A DNA stretch of 63,688 bases, the filler included, from Thraustochytrium aureum (taxonomy: Eukaryota): NCBI GenBank assembly GCA_012862495.1. It is 5 parts of 3 records of this genome, joined end to end, with 100 filler letters (N's around TTAATTAATTAA, not from the genome) between each part and the next. Parts side by side here need not be neighbours in the genome. Positions count along the whole stretch, not along the records: positions 21,807 to 39,331 come from BLSG01000290.1; positions 39,432 to 56,853 come from BLSG01000290.1; 3 more parts are not named here. One strand, given 5' to 3'. A model generated the notes under the pieces. It did not search any database. It saw only the letters and a list, made by a program, of their open reading frames with translations, and was not told the DNA's origin. Every line of letters begins with the position of its first letter. Positions within the stretch are counted from its first letter, which is position 1. Positions 33,299 to 42,774 of this stretch are shown piece after piece. The position numbers and the translations under genes were made by a program.

Positions 33299-36200
33299 TC
33301 ACATGTACGCGCTCGCACGTCGGCGCGGCCGCTCTGGGCGCAACGGGTTGCGCGATATCGCAATTGCAGCCAAAGTGACACGCGAACCCAAGCGGAGGCG
33401 TAGCGCATCGGAAACGTCGTCACGAGCGAGCAAAGCGTCCCAGAACGGGCCGCGAGCTGCCGGCCGCGACGGCAGCGTCACGACGCGGCTCAGAAGAAAC
33501 TGCAGCTCGAGCGGACACTGCGCCTTTTCCTCTGCAAACCTGATTGGGTGGCTCTCCAGCGCGAGAACAACGACGGCCCGTCCCGCGCGGCGCGCAACGT
33601 CGAGCTGGAAACGAACCGAGGGCTGTACAAGAGCGCCAGGCGTGAGAAGCAGGGCGACCACGCTGGCGCCCTCCACGACTTGCGAGACCTCCTCTGGCGT
33701 GACCGCGAGCTGTTCGACCCACGGCCGCAGCGCCCGGTCCTTGAGCTCAAAATAGGTGTACATGGCTTGGAGCTCGGCCATCTCTGGGTGGTGGCAAACA
33801 AACACGTCGACGCACTTGGGCTCCTCGGCGTCGCGCGAGGCCGCGCGGCGACGGTACGCCGCAGAGCTGCGCCCTACATCCGCTCCTCCGAGTGGCTCAC
33901 TTGCCACAGGGAGCGCCGAAAAGAAAGGATACGTGTTGATCTGCGGTGGGAGCTGCGACCCCGCAGAGGCGAAGATCGCCGCTGCCAGATCAAAGCTCGC
34001 CGTTTTGAGGTGCACCAGGCGTGGCGCCCTTAGTCCATCCGGGCACGAAAACGAGAGCGAGATTCGGTCGATAGCCTCGACCGCAGAGCTGTCCACTGAC
34101 GCCGCCTCGGCGCGGCTCATCGAGACCTCGATGCCGTACAGCTCGTCCTCCAGCACGAGCTGTTCGTGATGATAGGGCGCATCGATGTCGCTGGCGGCCA
34201 AATCGCGCTTTGGCGAGCGGAGGCGGCGGCCCAGCAACCGCATTCCGCCAGAGTGCTCTTGCGGGGAAGAAGACGGGCCGCTCCCGAGCGCCGCGGTTGC
34301 GGATTTGGACCGCGGGCGGGTCTTCGGGGAGCGCGCCGCAAAGGAGCCAAGCGCGCACGTCCCGACCACTGCGTTGCTAACCCGCGTCGCCAGAACGACG
34401 ACCTCAGGAAACACGAAAGCCATGCCGGACTTCCATTGATCGCGTTTCAAGCCGCCAAAGCGGAACCGGACGGGTGCTGCCGCCAAGCACTTGCTGTTGG
34501 GGTGCATCGCCTGCACAGCGGCCCGGTCGTCGATAGCTCGAGCGCGCGAGCGCACCGCGCGCACCATGGCGACCACTTGGTGCGCTGCCCCCGAGAGGGA
34601 CTTTTGCACCGCCTTTGACCGGATGGCCTTGTGCGCGGTCTTCGGCAGTGGCGAGCTTGCATTCGGCGGGGATGCGCTTGCGTGCTCCGGCAAAGCGGCG
34701 AAACAACCTGGGTCGTCCAAGTTGGCTGCCTGCGTTGCAGCCGCCCGCCCGGGTAGAACCGCCTGCAGGAGAGCACGCCCGGATGGCACCGCGCTGCAGC
34801 GCGCTGCGCGGTACGAGGCGAAAGCAGCGTTGAGCTCCAAGACGCGGTTGGCGAATTCGGCAGGCCGGTCCTTGATGGTCTCCAAGAGCGCCGGGAGCGA
34901 CGTGTTAAGCTTGGCGTTCTTGGACTGCACGATGCGCGCAAAGATGTGGCTGTTCGAGATCCACGCGCTGATTTGCGCGAGGGCTTCTCCAAAGCCTGCC
35001 AGAGCACCGCTGAAAAGGTGCGGGAAGAAGGCGAGATTAGGCTGGATCGCTCGCTCGACGAACGCGGACACCACCGCGGCGCAGGAAGGGGCCGAACGCG
35101 CCATGACTGCGTCCCGCCCGGGCCCCTCTGTGGCACTCGCGGCGCGCGAGTTGCGACGGGAGCCAGCTTCGGCGTCGGTTGCGCTGATCTGTTGCAGACA
35201 GAGGTGCATCTCCGAGCAGAGGAACTCTGAGAAACGGAGGATCTCTGCGGTCCCAACAAACATGGCGCTGAGCGCAGATTCTGGGAGCCGAGCTTGGCTG
35301 CGAGCGGGCACGACGTACTCGTCCTGGAGCTTGCAGACGAGATCGCCAAACTCGATCTCGGACTGCAGCAGCTCGCGTACGGCTGACATACAGACGGCTG
35401 CGTAGCGGTTGGCGCCGCCTTCGCGAGCTACCACTCGCTCAAGCATCAGCTCGATCGCCGTGGTGTTGAGGAAAGTCGACATCGTCTCCATATAGGAGAG
35501 CGTGCGCGTGGTCCGCGCGCGACGCGGGCGCGCCCTCGCCTCTGTGACGGGCAGCACCGGATCCATCTGGCTGACGGCGTTCACGAAGGCTGCGCTATCG
35601 CGCGGCGGCGAGCTCGGGCTGGACGCGGACGCCTCCGAATTCAAACCCGCAGATGTTGGCTCTGCCTCGCTCCACAGCGCAAGCCCAGCGCCGCAGGAAG
35701 CATTGTAGTCCCACATGACCTCCTCGACGCGCTCCGGCATGGCGCGAAACTCCTTGTGGCGGACAAGGTCGTGGTCGAAGACAAAAAACATAAAGTTGCG
35801 GAACGACTGTTCCAGGTAGGGCACGGCGTCCTGTGCGGCGAGCGCCTCGGTGTGGTGCGCAAAGAGTATGGAGAAGACGCGGAAAAGACGGGTAAAAACC
35901 TTGCTGATGATCGTAACAAAGTCGGCCGGGAAGGCGCCCCCGTCGTCTGGGACCACCCGCGGGTCCTCCAGGAGGTCTCGCGCCCACGCGAAGACGCTTA
36001 GCACGTAGCGCGGCCCAGTCGTGCGCTCCCCTCCGTCTTCCATCCAGCGGTACTCGAGTCTGGGGGGGAAGCCCTCCCCCGCGCCTTTGAACCGCGCCGC
36101 GCCGTCCTCGGCGCAGAGCTCGTACAGTAAGCTCACCTCTTTGAAGTAGTCCGTTGCGTGCCTCGCGAGCCAGTCCATCCCTTCAGGCGAGGGCGCGTCC

Positions 36201-36451
36201 AGGACACGCGGAATTGCTGTGGCCACTCGCAGATCATCGCCGTTGTCACCAGCGCTGCCCGCATGGGTGATTTCAGCGGCAGGGTTCGTGAGCTCGTTCG
36301 CGCGGTCGCCCAGCAGTTGCGCGCCCGCTTCAAGTTTACTGGCCGCGACCTTGGGCTTGCCCCGAAGCGCCGCGCGAACAGGCGCGCCCAGCAAGCTCCA
36401 GGGCAAGTGGCCCTTTCCGGCCGCTTTCCCGCTCGCCTTGCCCACCTTCAT
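33299..36451 (-). CDS. Multidomain protein: MOB1/phocein - RhoGEF(DH) - PH-like - TIR
   Basis: MOB: DWLARHATDYFKEVSLLY..EYRW..FPADF..KVFTRLFRVF..SFRNFMFFVFDHDLV..EFRAM. DH: AVRELLQSEIEF..LQDEYVVP..LSAMF..EILRFSEFL..LPALLETIKDR. TIR: DVFVCH..ELKDRALRPWVE..VEGASVVALLLTPGAL..VRFQLDVARRAGRAVVVL. One uninterrupted ORF. Confidence 0.78.
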   Translation of the reverse strand: MKVGKASGKAAGKGHLPWSLLGAPVRAALRGKPKVAASKLEAGAQLLGDRANELTNPAAEITHAGSAGDNGDDLRVATAIPRVLDAPSPEGMDWLARHATDYFKEVSLLYELCAEDGAARFKGAGEGFPPRLEYRWMEDGGERTTGPRYVLSVFAWARDLLEDPRVVPDDGGAFPADFVTIISKVFTRLFRVFSILFAHHTEALAAQDAVPYLEQSFRNFMFFVFDHDLVRHKEFRAMPERVEEVMWDYNASCGAGLALWSEAEPTSAGLNSEASASSPSSPPRDSAAFVNAVSQMDPVLPVTEARARPRRARTTRTLSYMETMSTFLNTTAIELMLERVVAREGGANRYAAVCMSAVRELLQSEIEFGDLVCKLQDEYVVPARSQARLPESALSAMFVGTAEILRFSEFLCSEMHLCLQQISATDAEAGSRRNSRAASATEGPGRDAVMARSAPSCAAVVSAFVERAIQPNLAFFPHLFSGALAGFGEALAQISAWISNSHIFARIVQSKNAKLNTSLPALLETIKDRPAEFANRVLELNAAFASYRAARCSAVPSGRALLQAVLPGRAAATQAANLDDPGCFAALPEHASASPPNASSPLPKTAHKAIRSKAVQKSLSGAAHQVVAMVRAVRSRARAIDDRAAVQAMHPNSKCLAAAPVRFRFGGLKRDQWKSGMAFVFPEVVVLATRVSNAVVGTCALGSFAARSPKTRPRSKSATAALGSGPSSSPQEHSGGMRLLGRRLRSPKRDLAASDIDAPYHHEQLVLEDELYGIEVSMSRAEAASVDSSAVEAIDRISLSFSCPDGLRAPRLVHLKTASFDLAAAIFASAGSQLPPQINTYPFFSALPVASEPLGGADVGRSSAAYRRRAASRDAEEPKCVDVFVCHHPEMAELQAMYTYFELKDRALRPWVEQLAVTPEEVSQVVEGASVVALLLTPGALVQPSVRFQLDVARRAGRAVVVLALESHPIRFAEEKAQCPLELQFLLSRVVTLPSRPAARGPFWDALLARDDVSDALRLRLGSRVTLAAIAISRNPLRPERPRRRASAYM

Positions 36452-36775
36452 GCTCTCTTCGCGGGACGTGTCGGGCTGGCCAGGCCCTCCGAGGTTGGGC
36501 TCGGCGAGACCAGTCCAAACGGGATCCCACCGAGCCGCCTGCCCGGCTTGCTTGCTCCCTGGCGCACTGCCTGCTCGCTGGCTCGCCGATCGCGCGCACG
36601 GGTCTCGCGCAAGTTGGGCACCGTGCTCTGCGCGCCGGCCTTTCGGGCTTGCCGCTGTGATGGCCGGCGGGACCTGCTCGCTGCTGGTGCTCGATCGAGG
36701 TGCGCAAGGCGCGACGCTTTGGGGTTTTGGGCTCTGGTCTTTGGTCTTTCGCTGTCTTTCGCTGTCTTCTGTTGG

Positions 36776-36871
36776 TTTTTTTCTTTCTTTTTCCTGATGA
36801 TTTTTTGTTGGTTTTTTTGCAGGTTTTTTGCAGGTTTTTTGTTAGTTTTTTGGGCTTTTTTGGGCTTTTTT
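36776..36871. promoter_or_regulatory. Array of phased T5-7 tracts (A-tracts on - strand) upstream of the MOB-TIR gene
   Basis: T-runs start at 36776, 36788, 36801, 36812, 36824, 36835, 36846, 36856 and 36866. A regulatory role is inferred. Confidence 0.45.
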
Positions 36872-38969
36872 GGGGCTCTCTCGCCAGGGCAGGTTTGTGT
36901 TCCACGGTGGCGCCTATGGGACGGGGAAATGCGCGCGAAACGCGAGCGGGCGAGCGACGCGCGGGCGATGCTGCTGCTGGCGAGGATTCCGGCTGGCCAG
37001 GATCCCGGCTGGCTAGCGAAAGCGAGGGCGAGCTCGCCGTGGGCGAGGAGCTGTTGCTGGGGCGCTTCCCACTTGCTCGGAGATTTCTTCTTCCTCGCTC
37101 CGCGCCGCAGGCGACGAGGTGCTGCTGCTCGCACTACTCGCTTGCACACACCGGCGAAGATCCTTCGTGGTCGAACGCTGGGTTCATTGAAGGCGGCCCG
37201 CTCGCTCGCATGAGCAGGAGGAGCGCGATCTAGCCGCACGCGCTGCTGCAGAAGGACGCGCCTGCAGCGGCAACACCGCGCCTGTGGACTGAACGCGCTG
37301 TGCTGTCCGGCATCGGCCGTCGGACATGCCACTGGTGCGAGACGGCCAAGGCGCGTTGCGGCGAGCGCGCGATCGATTGACAGAGACTCGGACGGACTGG
37401 CCCGATGCCGAGGCCTCAACGGAGCCCGTTCACTCCGTCCTTGCCAACATGATTCNNNNNNNNNNNNNNNNNNNNNNNNNNNNNNNNNNNNNNNNNNNNN
37501 NNNNNNNNNNNNNNNNNNNNNNNNNNNNNNNNNNNNNNNNNNNNNNNNNNNNNNNNNNNNNNNNNNNNNNNNNNNNNNNNNNNNNNNNNNNNNNNNNNNN
37601 NNNNNNNNNNNNNNNNNNNNNNNNNNNNNNNNNNNNNNNNNNNNNNNNNNNNNNNNNNNNNNNNNNNNNNNNNNNNNNNNNNNNNNNNNNNNNNNNNNNN
37701 NNNNNNNNNNNNNNNNNNNNNNNNNNNNNNNNNNNNNNNNNNNNNNNNNNNNNNNNNNNNNNNNNNNNNNNNNNNNNNNNNNNNNNNNNNNNNNNNNNNN
37801 NNNNNNNNNNNNNNNNNNNNNNNNNNNNNNNNNNNNNNNNNNNNNNNNNNNNNNNNNNNNNNNNNNNNNNNNNNNNNNNNNNNNNNNNNNNNNNNNNNNN
37901 NNNNNNNNNNNNNNNNNNNNNNNNNNNNNNNNNNNNNNNNNNNNNNNNNNNNNNNNNNNNNNNNNNNNNNNNNNNNNNNNNNNGGATCTGTCCTGCTCGC
38001 TGCCGCGCCTCGAAGGGCCCGTGAATCTGAATTCTGAAGGCGCGCAGCCGAGCCCCTTCCTTTCTTTCTTCCTTGCCTCCTTTCGCGGCGCCGAGCTCGG
38101 CGCGCCGAGGAACAACCTGGGCGAGGAGAGGTTTGGGTTGACGAGCTGGCCCGCGCCTGACTTGCGAGCGACGAGTTGCGAGGGCTCTGTCATTCACTGA
38201 ATCGATCGATCGATGACCGCCCGAAAGTGTGGTGCCGCGGTGCACGGTGGATGCCGTGAGCGATCAGGTGGAGGAGGGCCAGTTGCCGAGACCAAGGAGG
38301 ATCCTCCTTGCCGAGAGCAACGACGTGCCGAGCCCTGCGCTCACTGACTGCTATTGTAAGAACTGCACTGCAGGATAGGATGACAGTTCCAACGCCCTGC
38401 ACCTTACGCAGAGTAAAACGGCCTGGCTGGCCTGGATATTAAACCGTTAGAGAAGGCGAAGCAGGCGGCGCCACACTGAAGCCGCAAGGGAGCGTGGGGC
38501 GCCTGTTTGCTGCATCGCTCTTTCGGCGCGAAACCGCTGCCTGGACTGCCCAGGGCCGCTGGCTCAAGAGAGCCCGAGCCGACGCCTCGTTGGGGCGATT
38601 GCCTCATTCAATTCATTCATTCATTCAATCATACATAGGCCTACACGTTCATTTTCATGTATGGCTGGCATGTTGTGGAGTGCGGGTGGCGTAGTTCGTG
38701 CCTGGTCCACGCTTGTGCGGTGATGCGCCTTGCGCCAGCCAGCATTCACGTGGTGGTGGACCAGGAGCGCAAGAAATGGCGGCAGCCAACGACGCCTCCT
38801 CGCCTCCTACATCCACGAGTCCACTTGGCCAGTCCCACCTGGCATCGAATCGATCGACGCATCATCGTCTGAAGATTGCCCAACAAACACAACAGATCCC
38901 CGGCCTTCTTCACTCGACGATGGCGAGTGAGTTGCGCGTTGGCGCGCCTCGAGCGACCCCGAAAGCGCC

Positions 38970-39331
38970 ATGGTTGAACCGTCCGAGACAGCAACTGCCT
39001 TCATGCCAGCTGCGAGCCCCCCTGAAGTCATCGCACTTGCATCTCCAGCATCGGCCGACACTGCGCCACCTTTGATACCTTCTCCGAAAGCCAAGGCATC
39101 GTCAATGGCAGCAAGCGCGTCTGCGTCAACCTCGATACTCGCTGCGAAGGCCAGGTCTTCGCCGACCGCAGCTAGCGACTCTGCACAGTCGCCGCGGCCG
39201 CCTGCAGACATTGAATCGAAGGCTGCGCCACTGATCGACCCTGCGCCATCGCCGCCGCCGCCGCCGCCGCCGCCGCCTGCAGACAAGGCATCGGAGATCA
39301 TGACACCGAGCGAATCGGCGACCTTTCTGGG
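38970..39331 (+). CDS. Possible low-complexity Ala/Ser/Pro-rich N-terminus with poly-Pro, truncated by contig end
   Basis: MVEPSETATAF...PSPPPPPPPPPADK; no domain visible. Confidence 0.25.
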
Positions 39332-39431
39332 NNNNNNNNNNNNNNNNNNNNNNNNNNNNNNNNNNNNNNNNNNNNTTAATTAATTAANNNNNNNNNNNNN
39401 NNNNNNNNNNNNNNNNNNNNNNNNNNNNNNN
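39332..39431. other. Artificial scaffold spacer
   Basis: TTAATTAATTAA at 39376-39387 flanked by 44 N each side. Confidence 0.95.
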
Positions 39432-39615
39432 GCGAGGCTCGGAGCCCAACTTACAAGTCACCAAGTGGAGCCGATGGGTGGGTGGTTGGTTGATCGTATT
39501 CGTTGTCGCGCGGCGATTCTGTGCGGAGGGAGAACTGCGCTCGGCGCTCGTTTTTCGATTCCGGTCCTGCGGCTGTGCTGATGAGGCGCTAGCCGCCGCC
39601 GAAGAGCTCGCTTTT

Positions 39616-40743
39616 TTAAGCCTCGGAGATTTCGTACCAGATAGTCTTCATCTCCATGTACTGGTCGTGGGCGAAGACTGACTTGTCGCGCCCCACAAAG
39701 CCCGATTGCTTGTAGCCCCCGAACGGCGTCGTGTGGTCGCCCTCAGCAAAGCAGTTGACACTCACGTTGCCGGCGCGGATCTTGCGCGAGACGCGCGTAG
39801 CCCGGTTCACGTTGGACGTGTACACCGAGGCCGCAAGACCGTACTTGGTGTCGTTGGCGATCGCGATTGCCTCCTGCTCGGTGGAAAACGTAATGACGGC
39901 CAGCACTGGACCGAAGACCTCCTCTTGCGCGATTGTCATGTCGTTCGTGACCTCATCAAAGATCGTGACTGGCACAAACTCGCCCCCAGTCTCCTGGAGC
40001 GCCGAGGTGCCCCCAACGACAAGCTTGGCCCCTTCCTTGACCGCTGCGTCCACAAAGCCGCGAACCTTGGCAGCGTGCTGCGGCGAGATCATCGACCCCA
40101 GCTTTGTGCTCAGCTGGAGCGGGTCGCCCAGTTGCCACTCGGCCTCGACCTTTGCGAGCAGCTTGGCCAGCAGCTCGTCTTTGATCGAATCCTGCACAAT
40201 CAGTCGCGATCCACAGCTGCAGTTCTCGCCCATGTTCCAAAACGCTGCCGCAAGGATATGATCAGCAGCCGCATCCAGGTTTTCCGTGTCGGCAAAGACG
40301 ACCTGCGGCGACTTGCCACCGCACTCGAGGGAGACTTTCTTCAAGTTGGAGTCCGCTGCAGCCTTGAGCACGGTGCGTCCAATCAGCGTCGAACCTGTGA
40401 AGCCAACCATGTCAATGTCCATGTGCGCGCTGACAGCGGCGCCAGCGCTGGGACCAAGCCCAGGAACAATGTTGAGCACGCCGTCTGGGATGCCGGCTTC
40501 TTTTGCAAGCTGCCCGAGCTTGATCGCGGTGAGCGAGGTCAGCTCTGCGGGCTTGAGGACCACCGCGTTGCCGCACGCTAGGGCTGGGGCGAGCTTCCAC
40601 GCTGCCATCAGCAGCGCAAAGTTCCAGGGAACGATGAATCCGCACACGCCGACAGGCTCGCGCACGATCAAGCCCAAGTTGCCGGGCCCGGTGGGAGAGA
40701 TGTGGTCGTATAGCTTGTCGATCGCCTCGGCGTGGTACCGAAA
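39616..40743 (-). CDS. Aldehyde dehydrogenase, PuuC/AldH-like (5'-partial)
   Basis: AEAIDKLYD, REPVGV, PWNF, KPAE, GFTGST, LECGGKSP, catalytic FWNMGENCSCGSR, EEVFGPV, PFGGYKQSGFVGRDKS, KTIW. Confidence 0.93.
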   Translation of the reverse strand, partial: FRYHAEAIDKLYDHISPTGPGNLGLIVREPVGVCGFIVPWNFALLMAAWKLAPALACGNAVVLKPAELTSLTAIKLGQLAKEAGIPDGVLNIVPGLGPSAGAAVSAHMDIDMVGFTGSTLIGRTVLKAAADSNLKKVSLECGGKSPQVVFADTENLDAAADHILAAAFWNMGENCSCGSRLIVQDSIKDELLAKLLAKVEAEWQLGDPLQLSTKLGSMISPQHAAKVRGFVDAAVKEGAKLVVGGTSALQETGGEFVPVTIFDEVTNDMTIAQEEVFGPVLAVITFSTEQEAIAIANDTKYGLAASVYTSNVNRATRVSRKIRAGNVSVNCFAEGDHTTPFGGYKQSGFVGRDKSVFAHDQYMEMKTIWYEISEA

Positions 40744-41515
40744 NNNNNNNNNNNNNNNNNNNNNNNNNNNNNNNNNNNNNNNNNNNNNNNNNNNNNNNNN
40801 NNNNNNNNNNNNNNNNNNNNNNNNNNNNNNNNNNNNNNNNNNNNNNNNNNNNNNNNNNNNNNNNNNNNNNNNNNNNNNNNNNNNNNNNNNNNNNNNNNNN
40901 NNNNNNNNNNNNNNNNNNNNNNNNNNNNNNNNNNNNNNNNNNNNNNNNNNNNNNNNNNNNNNNNNNNNNNNNNNNNNNNNNNNNNNNNNNNNNNNNNNNN
41001 NNNNNNNNNNNNNNNNNNNNNNNNNNNNNNNNNNNNNNNNNNNNNNNNNNNNNNNNNNNNNNNNNNNNNNNNNNNNNNNNNNNNNNNNNNNNNNNNNNNN
41101 NNNNNNNNNNNNNNNNNNNNNNNNNNNNNNNNNNNNNNNNNNNNNNNNNNNNNNNNNNNNNNNNNNNNNNNNNNNNNNNNNNNNNNNNNNNNNNNNNNNN
41201 NNNNNNNNNNNNNNNNNNNNNNNNNNNNNNNNNNNNNNNNNNNNNNNNNNNNNNNNNNNNNNNNNNNNNNNNNNNNNNNNNNNNNNNNNNNNNNNNNNNN
41301 NNNNNNNNNNNNNNNNNNNNNNNNNNNNNNNNNNNNNNNNNNNNNNNNNNNNNNNNNNNNNNNNNNNNNNNNNNNNNNNNNNNNNNNNNNNNNNNNNNNN
41401 NNNNNNNNNNNNNNNNNNNNNNNNNNNNNNNNNNNNNNNNNNNNNNNNNNNNNNNNNNNNNNNNNNNNNNNNNNNNNNNNNNNNNNNNNNNNNNNNNNNN
41501 NNNNNNNNNNNNNNN

Positions 41516-42534
41516 GTCGCGCCGTTGCGGCGGCGCAAGGAAGGCCTGGCAGTCGGGCGCCGGCCTGGTCGACCCTCGGGGTTGTGCTCCTGGGACTCGT
41601 GGTGCTGGCCGTGGTTGGGACGCGGCTCAAGAACGCCTGGCTGAAGGGCGCAGACTCGCGCGTGCTGCACGAGCTCGACGCATGGCTGAGGCGAGTCGAA
41701 CCAGGTTCAGGCGCTGGCATTGACCTCGACGCGGTGGTGCTAGGCAGGCAGCCGGGCGCCGGCAGGGGCGTGCAAGCTAGGCGCAGTTTACCGGCCAAGC
41801 ACGTGGTCGCCAGCATGCCGCTGCGGGCGCTCGTCAACATCGAGCATGTGCTGAGCGAGTTCGGCATCAAATTTCCGCAGTTCACTAGCGAGCTCGACGC
41901 GCTGGCTGACCTGGACCTAATGGCCGCCTTTCTGCTTTACGAGCGTCGCAAGGGGCCCGACTCCCGATGGGCCCCGTTTTGGGCGAGCTTTCCGGCAAAC
42001 GTGTCAGAGTCGACCTTGTTTTACTGCGACGCGCAAATCGACGCCGTGAGTAGCATCGCTGGGGAGTCTGTGGGCAAGCGCATCGGGACCATGCAGCAGA
42101 CTGTTGGGGCGCGGTTTCGTGGCAGTCGCCTCCTCTCCAGCCCGTTTATCAGCCGCTCTTTGGAAGAGTTCAAGTCGGCCATAGCGCTCGTGCAGAGCAG
42201 GTCGTTCGGGGTACGCGTCAGGGACGGCAAGGGAACGTGGCAGAAGGCGAGCTGCTTGGTCCCGTTTGCAGATCTCCTCAACACATGTCAGCGCGAGGAC
42301 CTGAACGCGGATTGCGCGACCAACGCGGAGAGCACGCACTTTGAGTGCTTCACGACCCGCCAAGTTGCCAGCGGCGAGTTTCTGTGCGCGCCCTACGTCG
42401 ACTCGGCGAGCAATGAGCGACTCCTCGTTGACTATGGCTTTGTGCTGCCACCGGGAAAGAACCACCCGGACGCCGACCGTGAGCGAGCCATTGTTGTTGC
42501 GGCCGAGGCTGCCCAGGGTACACAGTGCACTTGA
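41516..42534 (+). CDS. SET-domain methyltransferase, Rubisco-LSMT/SETD3-like (5'-partial) with N-terminal hydrophobic anchor
   Basis: GRGVQA, LLYERRKGPDSRWAPF, VQSRSF, LVPFADLLN, GEFLCAPY, SNERLLVDYGF. TM-like segment LGVVLLGLVVLAVVG. Confidence 0.8.
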
Positions 42535-42774
42535 TGTCAAAAGGGGGGATAGCTTGAGCTGGGGGCACGAGGGCAGGCAGGCGAAGCTGGCGTGGGCAAG
42601 ACGCCTCTCAGCGTTTGTGTGTAGCTGCAGGCATGGGGGCGCGCAAGACAGCAGAGCCAAGTCGTATGCTCCAGCTTCTATAGAACAGTTGTACAGGCGG
42701 GTGCGCTTGGAATTGAGGGGTCTCATCTTGTCAAAAGATCGAGCAGCCACTGATCAACAAGGAAACAAAAACAA

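Noticed and set aside
36336..36905. Lys-rich ORF on the minus strand
   Set aside because: By-product of the A-tract array.
20565..40743. Amine/amino-acid catabolic cluster (BBOX, urocanase, ALDH)
   Set aside because: The genes lie on three different scaffold pieces and belong to unrelated pathways.
39616..41670. ORF-track entries reading through N gaps (for example 684 aa here, and 46594..49218)
   Set aside because: N runs hide stops; the flanks belong to different genes or strands.
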